This document shows, in pieces, positions 6,943 to 14,916 of a DNA stretch of 18,908 nucleotides. The DNA lies in assembly GCA_041548245.1 (NCBI GenBank), contig JBFESZ010000037.1:1-18908 (forward strand). Direction: 5' to 3'. Each line of letters begins with the position of its first letter. Position 1 is the stretch's first letter. Origin of the DNA: Sulfurimonadaceae bacterium (lineage in GTDB: Bacteria; Campylobacterota; Campylobacteria; Campylobacterales; Sulfurimonadaceae). Under the pieces are notes generated by a model. That model saw nothing but the letters and a program-made list of their open reading frames with translations. It did not search any database and had not been told where the DNA came from. The translations under genes and the position numbers were made by a program.

Positions 6943-8331
6943 ATGCAGACCCTGCTAAGAGCAATTCAGTTTCTATCCACAATAGCCGATACCGCTGATG
7001 ACACCGCTGAAGAGAGACGTCAGCACAGTTTCTTGATCTATATCGGACTCTTTATGAGTACAGGAGGATTCTTTTGGGGAAGCATAGCACTCTATTCCGG
7101 TCTTCCGCTTGCGGCAAGCATTCCTTACGGCTATGGCTTCATCACGACTTTGAACTTTATCTACCTCTATTATTCAAAAGACTTTCAACTCGCTCAAGCC
7201 ATTCAACTCGCTCTTAGTCTCTTGCTCCCTTTTCTGTTTCAGCTCGCACTGGGTGGTTTTGTCTCGAGCGGTGCTCAGGTTTTTTGGGCAATCACGGCAA
7301 TTTTGGGCGCTTTTACCTTCAAAAACAGCAATACGATAATCATATGGTTTGTCTTATATATTGTCTTAGTCATCTTCAGCGGTCTGCTTGATGAGAGCAT
7401 TGTCGCCCTGAAACTTGTCGAAGTACCCTCACACATCAGTATCCTGTTCTTCACGATAAACATCTGCGCTGTCTCATTGATCATTTTCAGCCTCTTTTAC
7501 TACTTTGTAGGAAGCGAGAAGAAATACAGAGACTCCCTGCATGAAAATCTGGAATATCTAAAAAATACACAGAAACAGCTTGTCGAATCTGAAAAGATGT
7601 CAGCTCTTGGAGGATTGGTCGCCGGTGTTGCCCATGAGGTCAATACTCCCCTTGGCATCTCGATCACAGCCGCATCAATCTTTCAGACCAATATCAAAGC
7701 CCTGGAAAAGGCGGTAAGCGAAAACACATTAAGCAAAAAGGCACTTGACGAGTTTATCGCAGATATGAAGGATGCCGATGAGATACTGCTTAAAAACCTC
7801 GACAGAGCAGCTTTATTAATCAGAAACTTCAAAAAGATCTCTGTGGATCAAAGTAATGAAGAGCTACGTGAATTTGAACTCAATGAGTATATCGAGGAAA
7901 TCATATCAACCTTCCGAAGTGAACTAAGACATAATAAGGTCTCCCTTGATCTACAGCTCAATTCAGAACCGATTGAAATGAGTTCTTATCCGGGATCCAT
8001 TGCGCAGATCATGATAAACCTCTTGCAAAACTCTATTGTTCATGCCTTCAAAGAGGAACAGGATAAAAAAATAACGATCAGAACCGAACAGAGTGATGAG
8101 CATGCTACGATCATCTGTTCAGACAATGGAAAAGGTATTGATAAAGATATGATAGAAAAAGTCTTTGAACCTTTTGTCACGACTAAGCGTAACAAAGGCG
8201 GTACCGGCCTTGGTCTGAATATTGCCTATAATCTTGTCACCCAGCAACTTGGCGGGACTATAAAAATTGAAGAAGCATTAGAGAAAGGTGCCTGTTTTAT
8301 TATCAGGATTCCTTGCCATTTAAAATCGTAA
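6943..8331 (+). CDS. Membrane sensor histidine kinase (6 TM + HisKA + HATPase_c), orphan
   Basis: H-box AGVAHEVNTPLG, N-box NLLQNSIVHAF, G1 DNGKGI, F-box FEPFVTTK, G2 GGTGLGL. Six hydrophobic segments in the first ~190 aa. Confidence 0.93.
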   Translation: MQTLLRAIQFLSTIADTADDTAEERRQHSFLIYIGLFMSTGGFFWGSIALYSGLPLAASIPYGYGFITTLNFIYLYYSKDFQLAQAIQLALSLLLPFLFQLALGGFVSSGAQVFWAITAILGAFTFKNSNTIIIWFVLYIVLVIFSGLLDESIVALKLVEVPSHISILFFTINICAVSLIIFSLFYYFVGSEKKYRDSLHENLEYLKNTQKQLVESEKMSALGGLVAGVAHEVNTPLGISITAASIFQTNIKALEKAVSENTLSKKALDEFIADMKDADEILLKNLDRAALLIRNFKKISVDQSNEELREFELNEYIEEIISTFRSELRHNKVSLDLQLNSEPIEMSSYPGSIAQIMINLLQNSIVHAFKEEQDKKITIRTEQSDEHATIICSDNGKGIDKDMIEKVFEPFVTTKRNKGGTGLGLNIAYNLVTQQLGGTIKIEEALEKGACFIIRIPCHLKS

Positions 8332-8348
8332 TGGAAAAATATTCAATT

Positions 8349-8894
8349 TTACTGATACCAGTGACGTTTTAATTCTCCGTCTTTCCCATACTCATCGATC
8401 ATCACCTTGATTGGTCTGTCATCAGAGACAGAGAGTATGATACGCCGTCCGTTATCATCGACCTCTACAAGCTTTGGCACCGTTGAAAGCACTTTATAGT
8501 TCTTCAGACTAAGCTGTGTGAACACCCGGGAGAGTAAATGATTCGAAGCCGGAAGTTTTAGATTGTCCAGAGCCAGATCGTCGATCATAAACTGATAGAT
8601 CAACCTTTTTTGAAGGATCAATGTTGAAAAGTAAGAAGAGTTTTCACGTGACTCTTTGGTATTGACCAATGATCTCTGTAGCATGCCCAAGAGATTGATC
8701 CTGTCGACTTTGGCACAAGAGACTCCCACCAGTGAGACGAAGTTCTCTTCTACATACCCTCCGTAATAGGCCTGCATCCCCTTGCTGCAGACCCTATCGT
8801 ATTGCTTAGCCTTAAAATCATCGATATAAGGTTGTATATCTTTGGCTTGAACGCTTGAAGCAAGCAGCAAGCCTATCCATAACAGTCGTTTTAT
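8349..8894 (-). CDS. Secreted/periplasmic hypothetical protein; probable ATA start at 8894 (track start TTG 8870)
   Basis: Extending the frame to ATA gives (M)KRLLWIGLLLASSVQA-KD, a complete Sec signal peptide, with SD GGAG 5 nt upstream. Two Cys. Confidence 0.8.
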   Translation of the reverse strand: MKRLLWIGLLLASSVQAKDIQPYIDDFKAKQYDRVCSKGMQAYYGGYVEENFVSLVGVSCAKVDRINLLGMLQRSLVNTKESRENSSYFSTLILQKRLIYQFMIDDLALDNLKLPASNHLLSRVFTQLSLKNYKVLSTVPKLVEVDDNGRRIILSVSDDRPIKVMIDEYGKDGELKRHWYQ

Positions 8895-8903
8895 AGTCTC
8901 TCC

Positions 8904-9227
8904 CTAATCATCCTGCCGACGTCCCAAAATAGAGATCTGTCCCGGTTCTTCTTGTAATTCAATATTATGTTCGTTAGCCCAGACAAGTATCTCTGCATCC
9001 AGATCTAAAAAATCGTCCTCGTCTAACAAATCATTTTTGATCTTGATCATATGATGACCGCTTAGCAAAGAGAGGTAATAGTCACTGTGATCTAAAAAAG
9101 GCTTCAAGTCCTTCAATGCTTCAACGACCTCCTCAAAATAGAGATAGTTGCTCTTGACTTCGGCTATAAGTTCCCGACCCTTTGCATCATCTTTGTATCC
9201 GCACATTTCTAAGAGTTCACGTTCCAT
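8904..9227 (-). CDS. Acidic conserved hypothetical protein, 107 aa
   Basis: SD AAGGA 7 nt before ATG. The pattern (GY...IKIKN...W...ILG) resembles, from memory, a ~100-aa Campylobacterota family of unknown function. Confidence 0.8.
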   Translation of the reverse strand: MERELLEMCGYKDDAKGRELIAEVKSNYLYFEEVVEALKDLKPFLDHSDYYLSLLSGHHMIKIKNDLLDEDDFLDLDAEILVWANEHNIELQEEPGQISILGRRQDD

Positions 9228-9352
9228 AACTTCATCCTTAGCGGGCCTCTATCACCAGCTAGGCAATCAGCCCTTGAACAAGATTCTTGCCAATATAATA
9301 TCACTTATTATATAAATGAAGTGTAAAGTTAAAAAGATAATTTTCGCGGTGC

Positions 9353-10840
9353 TTAAAAAAGAGTCGCTGTATGCTCCATCTTTTTCTTCTTCTTGGCGTT
9401 TAACTGCGCAAAATGTTCGATCTCATGCTCTTTTAATATACGAATATTGTTTGTCGAACCAGCCACCCCTACCGGATCTCCTGCTGTGAGTATATAGGTG
9501 TTTTCCTTTTTGATGACCCCACGCCCAAGACCATCTTGCATCACTTCGGAAAGCATCACCTCAAGCTTATTCTTTTTAACAAGAAAAGCGGGAGCAACAC
9601 CCCATACAAGGGAGAGCTTTCGGGCAATGTTAATATTATGCGTAACCGCTAGGATATCAACATCCGGTCTGTAGCGGGACATAATCTTTGCCGACATGCC
9701 CGATGTGGTCAGAGCCAAGATTCCATTCGACTTTAATTTCGTTGCCAGCTGGGTGATAGAGAGGTTGATCACGTCCTTGTCATCACGATTCTCGAACTCG
9801 TTATACTTGTTGTAATCATAAACCGTTTCCGCCTGGATAATGGTATCGGACATCGTCTTTACAGCCAAGGCAGGATTGTGTCCAATGGCAGACTCTTCGG
9901 AGAGCATTACGGCGTCTGTACCATCAAGAACAGCATTAGCAACATCGGAGATCTCGGCCCGAGTCGCCACCTCGTTTTCCGTCATTGAAAGCAGCATCTG
10001 CGTTGCAGTTATAACGGGTTTAGCAGCGGCATTTGCCTTTTTTATCAAACGTTTTTGAATCGTAGGGACCATATAATAAGGTACTTCGATACCAAGGTCA
10101 CCCCTGGCGACCATGATACCGTCGCTTTGTTCCAATATCTCATCAATATTGTCGACGGCATCAAATTTCTCGATTTTGGCAATGAGATCCTGTGTACCAC
10201 CGTTCTCGTTGAGGATCTCGCGTGCTTGTTTCATATCATCCGCATTTTGCACAAAAGAGATAGCCATAAAATCAACCTTGTTTTTGATCCCCCAGAGCAT
10301 GTCCTCTTTGTCTTTTTCTGTGATGACATTGATGTTGATTCTTGTATTGGGAAAGTTAACTCCCTTGTTTGAGGCCAAGACACCATCGTTTTGAACTATG
10401 CCGATGACGGCAGCATCTGATATCTCACTGACAATGACACGTATTCGTCCATCATAAAGATAGATGTGTTCATCCACATTGATAAGTTCCAGAATTGAAG
10501 GCTGATTGATACTCAGCACATAACGGTCTTCGGACTCCTGTATCCCGACAATCTCTTCTTTCATAAAATAGAGTTTGTCCCCCGCTTTGAGATGAAACGC
10601 TTTTTCCAGTGAGCCAACCCGTACTTTGGGACCGCAGATATCTTGAAGGATACCGACAATCCAACCACAATTATCCATCGCCGTACGAATGTTTTTTAAG
10701 ACCTGCGAATGCTCTTCATGGGTGCCGTGTGAGAAGTTCATACGAAAGACATTGACCCCTGCACGGATCATCTTTTCCAAACTCTCTACATCATTGCTTG
10801 AAGGGCCTACCGTCGCTAAAATCTTACTTCTTCGTTTCAT
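9353..10840 (-). CDS. pyk: Pyruvate kinase
   Basis: SKILATVGP, RMNFSHG, GPKVR, AKIE, MVARGDLGIE, ATQMLLSM, TRAEISDVANAVLDGTDAVMLSEESA. Start moved to ATG 10840 (SD GAGGA). Confidence 0.98.
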   Translation of the reverse strand: MKRRSKILATVGPSSNDVESLEKMIRAGVNVFRMNFSHGTHEEHSQVLKNIRTAMDNCGWIVGILQDICGPKVRVGSLEKAFHLKAGDKLYFMKEEIVGIQESEDRYVLSINQPSILELINVDEHIYLYDGRIRVIVSEISDAAVIGIVQNDGVLASNKGVNFPNTRININVITEKDKEDMLWGIKNKVDFMAISFVQNADDMKQAREILNENGGTQDLIAKIEKFDAVDNIDEILEQSDGIMVARGDLGIEVPYYMVPTIQKRLIKKANAAAKPVITATQMLLSMTENEVATRAEISDVANAVLDGTDAVMLSEESAIGHNPALAVKTMSDTIIQAETVYDYNKYNEFENRDDKDVINLSITQLATKLKSNGILALTTSGMSAKIMSRYRPDVDILAVTHNINIARKLSLVWGVAPAFLVKKNKLEVMLSEVMQDGLGRGVIKKENTYILTAGDPVGVAGSTNNIRILKEHEIEHFAQLNAKKKKKMEHTATLF

Positions 10841-11052
10841 TAAAACAATCCTCGTATAAATAGTTGTATCTCCAAGCCTCATGCTACTCAAAGAATGTTC
10901 TGTGAGTTTATATTAACACAAAATCACTATTTAATCTTCTCTTTTAGTTCTTTTTATAGTTAAAGATACTATTATAAAGCCCATAAAAACTGTAAATAGA
11001 TTTTACACTCTTTATCGCAAGGGGCTTTGACATACGACGCTTTAAAAGACAT

Positions 11053-11709
11053 GTGGCGAAAGCTGAAACTCGGGACTATAATACAGATATCGTTCTCATC
11101 GATATTATCAGTTTCACCAAGCTCACACAAGAGCAACAACTTGAACTTATACAGTACCTGACCCAAAGTTATACACGTATGCTTGAAAAACTATTATCCA
11201 ACTCCGATATGAGGCTTTCACAGATGGTTTTAGGATTTATCCCAACAGGAGATGGCTTTTACTGTATCTTAAATCCAAGGATGAAAGGCTTTGGAACGAT
11301 CTTGGGCCTCTCCTTAAACCACCTCTCCGAACTGATATCCGCAAAATTTCCTTATTTCAAAGGAATACGGATTGCTGTGCATACCGGGCGTGTTTTCGAG
11401 TTTACAGATATTCTGGGCCATGCAAACTATATTGGCGACGGCTTGAACCATTGTGCCCGTTACCTTGAACATAAAGACTATACGATCAGTACTGTCTTTA
11501 TCTCGACAGAGGCTTACAACTCTTTTAATAACTTCTTAGAGCTGTATCCTGATTTTGAGGCACTCTTACTCGAACAGCAGTTCAAACGTTCGAGGTTGCA
11601 GAGCTTTAAAGACAAACATGATATCGATTGGTCAGGCTACTTTGTCTGGTTGCGTAAGGGGAGTGTCATCAACCCTCCGAGAATAAAATTTAACTCACTC
11701 ACACTGTGA
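11053..11709 (+). CDS. Stand-alone class III nucleotide (adenylate/guanylate-type) cyclase catalytic domain protein; start may be ATA 11032
   Basis: Metal-binding DIISFT and TGDG, IRIAVHTG, and transition-state GDGLNHCAR (N-x3-R). No TM or sensor domain. Confidence 0.85.
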   Translation: MAKAETRDYNTDIVLIDIISFTKLTQEQQLELIQYLTQSYTRMLEKLLSNSDMRLSQMVLGFIPTGDGFYCILNPRMKGFGTILGLSLNHLSELISAKFPYFKGIRIAVHTGRVFEFTDILGHANYIGDGLNHCARYLEHKDYTISTVFISTEAYNSFNNFLELYPDFEALLLEQQFKRSRLQSFKDKHDIDWSGYFVWLRKGSVINPPRIKFNSLTL

Positions 11710-11724
11710 CATACAAGGAAAGAT

Positions 11725-12375
11725 ATGCGTTTTACCGTTGAAGAGTATGCTCGAGCATACAGTATCTCACCTGAAATGGTTCGATCGAGGCTTCGAAGAA
11801 ATCGTCTCAACTATATTGTAGAAGACGGCACGACCTATATCGTCGTACCTAAACATCAGGTTCCCCAGCTTGAAGCGCAGACAAATAAGACACAAAAAAA
11901 GACAACAGTTGCCACAGTCATCGGCCTCTATCAAAAAGAGAACCACTATCTTAAACTCAAGATCAAAGAGCTTGAAGAGAAAGTCGACAGACTTGTAAGT
12001 GAAAAAGAGCAGCTGCTTAAAGATGAAAGAGCACGTATTGAGAAAGTCTATGCAGATAAGGACACCCAGCTAAAGAGCATCCTCGAACTCATCAATACAA
12101 AACTCATGATGGAAAGTGCATCAGCTCGTAATAGCCTTGAAGACCTCAATACACAAACTGCTATTGAAGCCAACCTTGAACCTGATGAGCAGAGTAACCC
12201 TGTAGAGCTCAAACAGTACCTGCGTTCACTCGATCTCAAATCATCTCAGCGAAAGAGTATTAAACGCCGTTTTGCCGAAGCTTTCGGAGCCGACTCGCGA
12301 ATTTTGTTGAAAAATGGACTTTTCTATCTTGATTTTGATCGTTTTGACTACAGCGATCTGTTAAAAATCGATTAG
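11725..12375 (+). CDS. N-terminal HTH + coiled-coil putative DNA-binding protein (DUF3972-like)
   Basis: TVEEYARAYSISPEMVRSRLRRNRL plus a beta-wing (MerR/excisionase-like HTH), central heptad coiled coil, basic C-terminal domain. SD AAGGA. Confidence 0.75.
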   Translation: MRFTVEEYARAYSISPEMVRSRLRRNRLNYIVEDGTTYIVVPKHQVPQLEAQTNKTQKKTTVATVIGLYQKENHYLKLKIKELEEKVDRLVSEKEQLLKDERARIEKVYADKDTQLKSILELINTKLMMESASARNSLEDLNTQTAIEANLEPDEQSNPVELKQYLRSLDLKSSQRKSIKRRFAEAFGADSRILLKNGLFYLDFDRFDYSDLLKID

Positions 12376-12383
12376 GTTGGACA

Positions 12384-14054
12384 TTGGCAGTAGATAAAAC
12401 AATCGTTTTCACCAAAAACCCACTTGCCTCTGTTAAAGAGTATGCCACTGAACATGGCTATACCTATGCAAAACTTGACTATACCCTGTTGGGCTTGCAA
12501 ACCTATTTCAAGACATGCCATCATCAGGCCTTTGTCAAGTTTCATGATGCCTATAAACGAGAATACAGTTCTACTGAGAAGCTTATTAAAGACAATGCCC
12601 GTTTTTTACAGATCTATAAGATCAAGATCCATGCTAAAAAAAAGAGGAATATCCATCTCGTATACCGTATAGAAAGAGGAGAGTTCAACACCTATCCGAT
12701 CATGCTCATCTCACCGGAGTCAACGCTACCACTGCTTGAGTTAGATGAGCAAGAGATGTTGAAACGTCTTTACTCTGAAATCAATAAGATAAAATCCAAA
12801 TACAAGATGATGGTCAATCTTTTCTCCGAATGTATGGTCAGAGATCTTCGTAGCTTTGTCAAGAAGATTTATGAACATGGGTTCAGCCAGGAAGAGTCTA
12901 TCCTGCTCTTTGAAGGGATCGATCCCGAGATCTCTGAGCCAAGCAGGGTCATTAACCACTATATTGAAAAACACACCGATGAAAAAGTCACTGAAGTGGA
13001 ACCTTCAGAACTTATCATCACCTACATCAAACCCAAATATGGCAAAGCAGGGTTGAATGCTCTGGGCCATAGAATTGATCATGGGCGGACAAACAATCTT
13101 GCCAAGATCGAATATCAGATTGACCATGCGACTATCCTCGTTCAAGATGATGAGACAGAGGTCCGTTATTACTCCAGAAAAAGAGGTTTCGTCAGCACCC
13201 TAAATAACAAACTGACCATCTCTAACAAGATCGTCTTGGAAGGGATAAAACGGGTTGAGGGCAAGGTAACCAAAAAAGAAGAGAACGAGGTGGCTATCGT
13301 TATCTCGCAAAATGATGTCACGCGAGATGGGATAGGTGAAGGGGTAGAACTGGTCTCCGAAAGTATTCACATCACGGGACATATGGGTGCAAAATCCAAG
13401 ATCGAGGCCAAAGATGTACAGATCGAAGGAGCCACACATAACCAGGCCTTCGTCACGGCAAAAAGTGCCAAGATAAATCGTCATAAAGGAACACTCCGTT
13501 GCCACAAGGCAGAAATCAACTCTCTCGAAGGCGGTACCGTTTATGCTACACATGTGACCATCAATACGGCACTGGGTGGACATGTCTGCGCTGAACATGT
13601 CACCATCAGGTCACTCAAGCACAATCTTAAAGTTTTTGCTTCAAAAAGCATCACCGTCGAGCGTATCTTGGGTGAGGACAACCATTTCGTCATTGATTAT
13701 CGTAAGCTTCCTGTCTTACAGAGTAAACTACACTACTTGAACGAAGAGCGTGATGAGATAGCCTGGAATTATGAAGATGCGAAAAAGCACTCTCCAGAAA
13801 AGCTTGAAGAACTCAAAAAGGCACTTGAGAAAAAAGAGAGTGAAATCAACGAGATAAAACAGTGCCATTATGATGCTGTCATCACTATTATGTCCCCAAT
13901 AGACGGTCTTAATACTATAGAGTTCGCTATTCCGGAAAAGCAAACATCTCTAATTTACAGGACCAAAGAGGCCAAGGCATTTGGCCCTTTCAGTATTCGT
14001 CAGAATGAAGATAAACTGATATTGGAACCTGTCGGTGTGGAAATAACGCTCTAA
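12384..14054 (+). CDS. fapA: Flagellar assembly protein A (FapA/DUF342 family)
   Basis: 556 aa. YIKPKYGKAGLNALG, DGIGEGVEL, beta-helix-like repeats (ITGHMG, IEGATH, INRHKG, LEGG, LGG) and a C-terminal coiled coil. TTG start with AGG. Confidence 0.8.
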   Translation: MAVDKTIVFTKNPLASVKEYATEHGYTYAKLDYTLLGLQTYFKTCHHQAFVKFHDAYKREYSSTEKLIKDNARFLQIYKIKIHAKKKRNIHLVYRIERGEFNTYPIMLISPESTLPLLELDEQEMLKRLYSEINKIKSKYKMMVNLFSECMVRDLRSFVKKIYEHGFSQEESILLFEGIDPEISEPSRVINHYIEKHTDEKVTEVEPSELIITYIKPKYGKAGLNALGHRIDHGRTNNLAKIEYQIDHATILVQDDETEVRYYSRKRGFVSTLNNKLTISNKIVLEGIKRVEGKVTKKEENEVAIVISQNDVTRDGIGEGVELVSESIHITGHMGAKSKIEAKDVQIEGATHNQAFVTAKSAKINRHKGTLRCHKAEINSLEGGTVYATHVTINTALGGHVCAEHVTIRSLKHNLKVFASKSITVERILGEDNHFVIDYRKLPVLQSKLHYLNEERDEIAWNYEDAKKHSPEKLEELKKALEKKESEINEIKQCHYDAVITIMSPIDGLNTIEFAIPEKQTSLIYRTKEAKAFGPFSIRQNEDKLILEPVGVEITL

Positions 14055-14182
14055 CCTTTTTCTTATTGCCCCATTCATTCTTCTTTTTAAACCTTTAACT
14101 CCATTATCTTCACACAACTGAGCCCTCTTTATATTACCTACGATTGTACTTCTTCATATGTAATGACATTTTCTAACAACAG

Positions 14183-14350
14183 CATAAAATTCTATTATTT
14201 AAATACGGAATATCGTATATTACATACAATTAATATATTTTAATTAAATATAAAATGTATATTATATTAAATTATGTGTATATAATACACATTTAATAAG
14301 TATTTATAATATAAAAATATGTTTAAATACACTAAATAATGTATACTTTA
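14183..14350. promoter_or_regulatory. Extremely AT-rich regulatory tract with several inverted repeats upstream of the XRE gene
   Basis: 11 G+C in 120 nt at 14221-14340. Inverted repeats ATACG-n6-CGTAT, ATGTGTA-tataa-TACACAT and ATACA-n8-TGTAT. Confidence 0.55.
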
Positions 14351-14376
14351 AGCTTTGATGATATAAACTCTATTCC

Positions 14377-14625
14377 ATGGATTTGGCAGATGTGTTCAAT
14401 ATTCTTCACAATGCAGTCGAATCGCAGAACATGGGTAAAAAAATCTCTCAAAAGGAGATGGCTAACAAGCTAGGTGTCTCCATGAGAACCTATCAGGACT
14501 GGAAGATAGGGAATTCCGCTCCCCAAGCCGCCCGTGTTGTACTGCAGATGCTTGGCGAACTGGAAGACGAAGATATTGTAAGAGTAGTACGAAAGATAAA
14601 CAAAAACCTAAAGGATGAGAATTGA
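14377..14625 (+). CDS. XRE/Cro-family helix-turn-helix transcriptional regulator
   Basis: ISQKEMANKLGVSMRTYQDWKIGNSAP HTH signature, 82 aa. Confidence 0.9.
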   Translation: MDLADVFNILHNAVESQNMGKKISQKEMANKLGVSMRTYQDWKIGNSAPQAARVVLQMLGELEDEDIVRVVRKINKNLKDEN

Positions 14626-14828
14626 GTAGTTTAAGTGAACATGAACGTATCGGTTTAGAAGATGTCTTTTTGTGTCTGGGTGAAAAACAAAGTGTCACAG
14701 AAAAATTAATCGAACAGAAAAGCCGTCTGGCAGGCAGTATCAGTTCTCTCGTACAAAAAGGGATCCCACTGGGGATTTCATACGCAAAATCAAAAAAAAT
14801 TAGTTTAAACATGGAAAAAAAGTGGTGA
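14622..14828 (+). CDS. Hypothetical protein, 68 aa
   Basis: TTG start overlaps the XRE stop by 4 nt (TTGA). SD AAGGA. No recognisable motif. Confidence 0.55.
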   Translation: MSSLSEHERIGLEDVFLCLGEKQSVTEKLIEQKSRLAGSISSLVQKGIPLGISYAKSKKISLNMEKKW

Positions 14829-14916
14829 ATTTTAAACTTTTCAATCATTTCCGCCCTAAAAATAGGGACTCCAAGTAATATTTAAGGAAAAAAGCTATAA
14901 AGTATTCGCAGTTGAT

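Noticed and set aside
6484..6958. Track ORFs 6484..6792 (-) and 6746..6958 (+)
   Set aside because: They overlap aguA or promoter elements and have no SD or motifs. The 41-aa ORF in another frame explains the region better.
9243..9273. Fluoride, c-di-GMP-I or ZTP riboswitch
   Set aside because: GGUGAU is present, but the remaining consensus elements and their order do not fit. Kept only as an unclassified hairpin.
10841..10891. 17-aa N-terminal extension of pyruvate kinase in the track
   Set aside because: ATG 10840 has SD GAGGA and matches the usual pyruvate kinase N-terminus.
11053..12375. Cyclase plus neighbour as a Pycsar or CBASS defence system
   Set aside because: The neighbour has no cNMP-binding, TM or TIR effector features, and the context is housekeeping.
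13950..14185. Short minus-strand ORFs downstream of and antisense to the fapA 3' end
   Set aside because: They are very short or overlap fapA, with no convincing coding features.
14183..14350. AT-rich tract as oriC/DUE or a dif site
   Set aside because: No DnaA-box cluster, no dnaA nearby, and no XerH/dif-like arms recognised.
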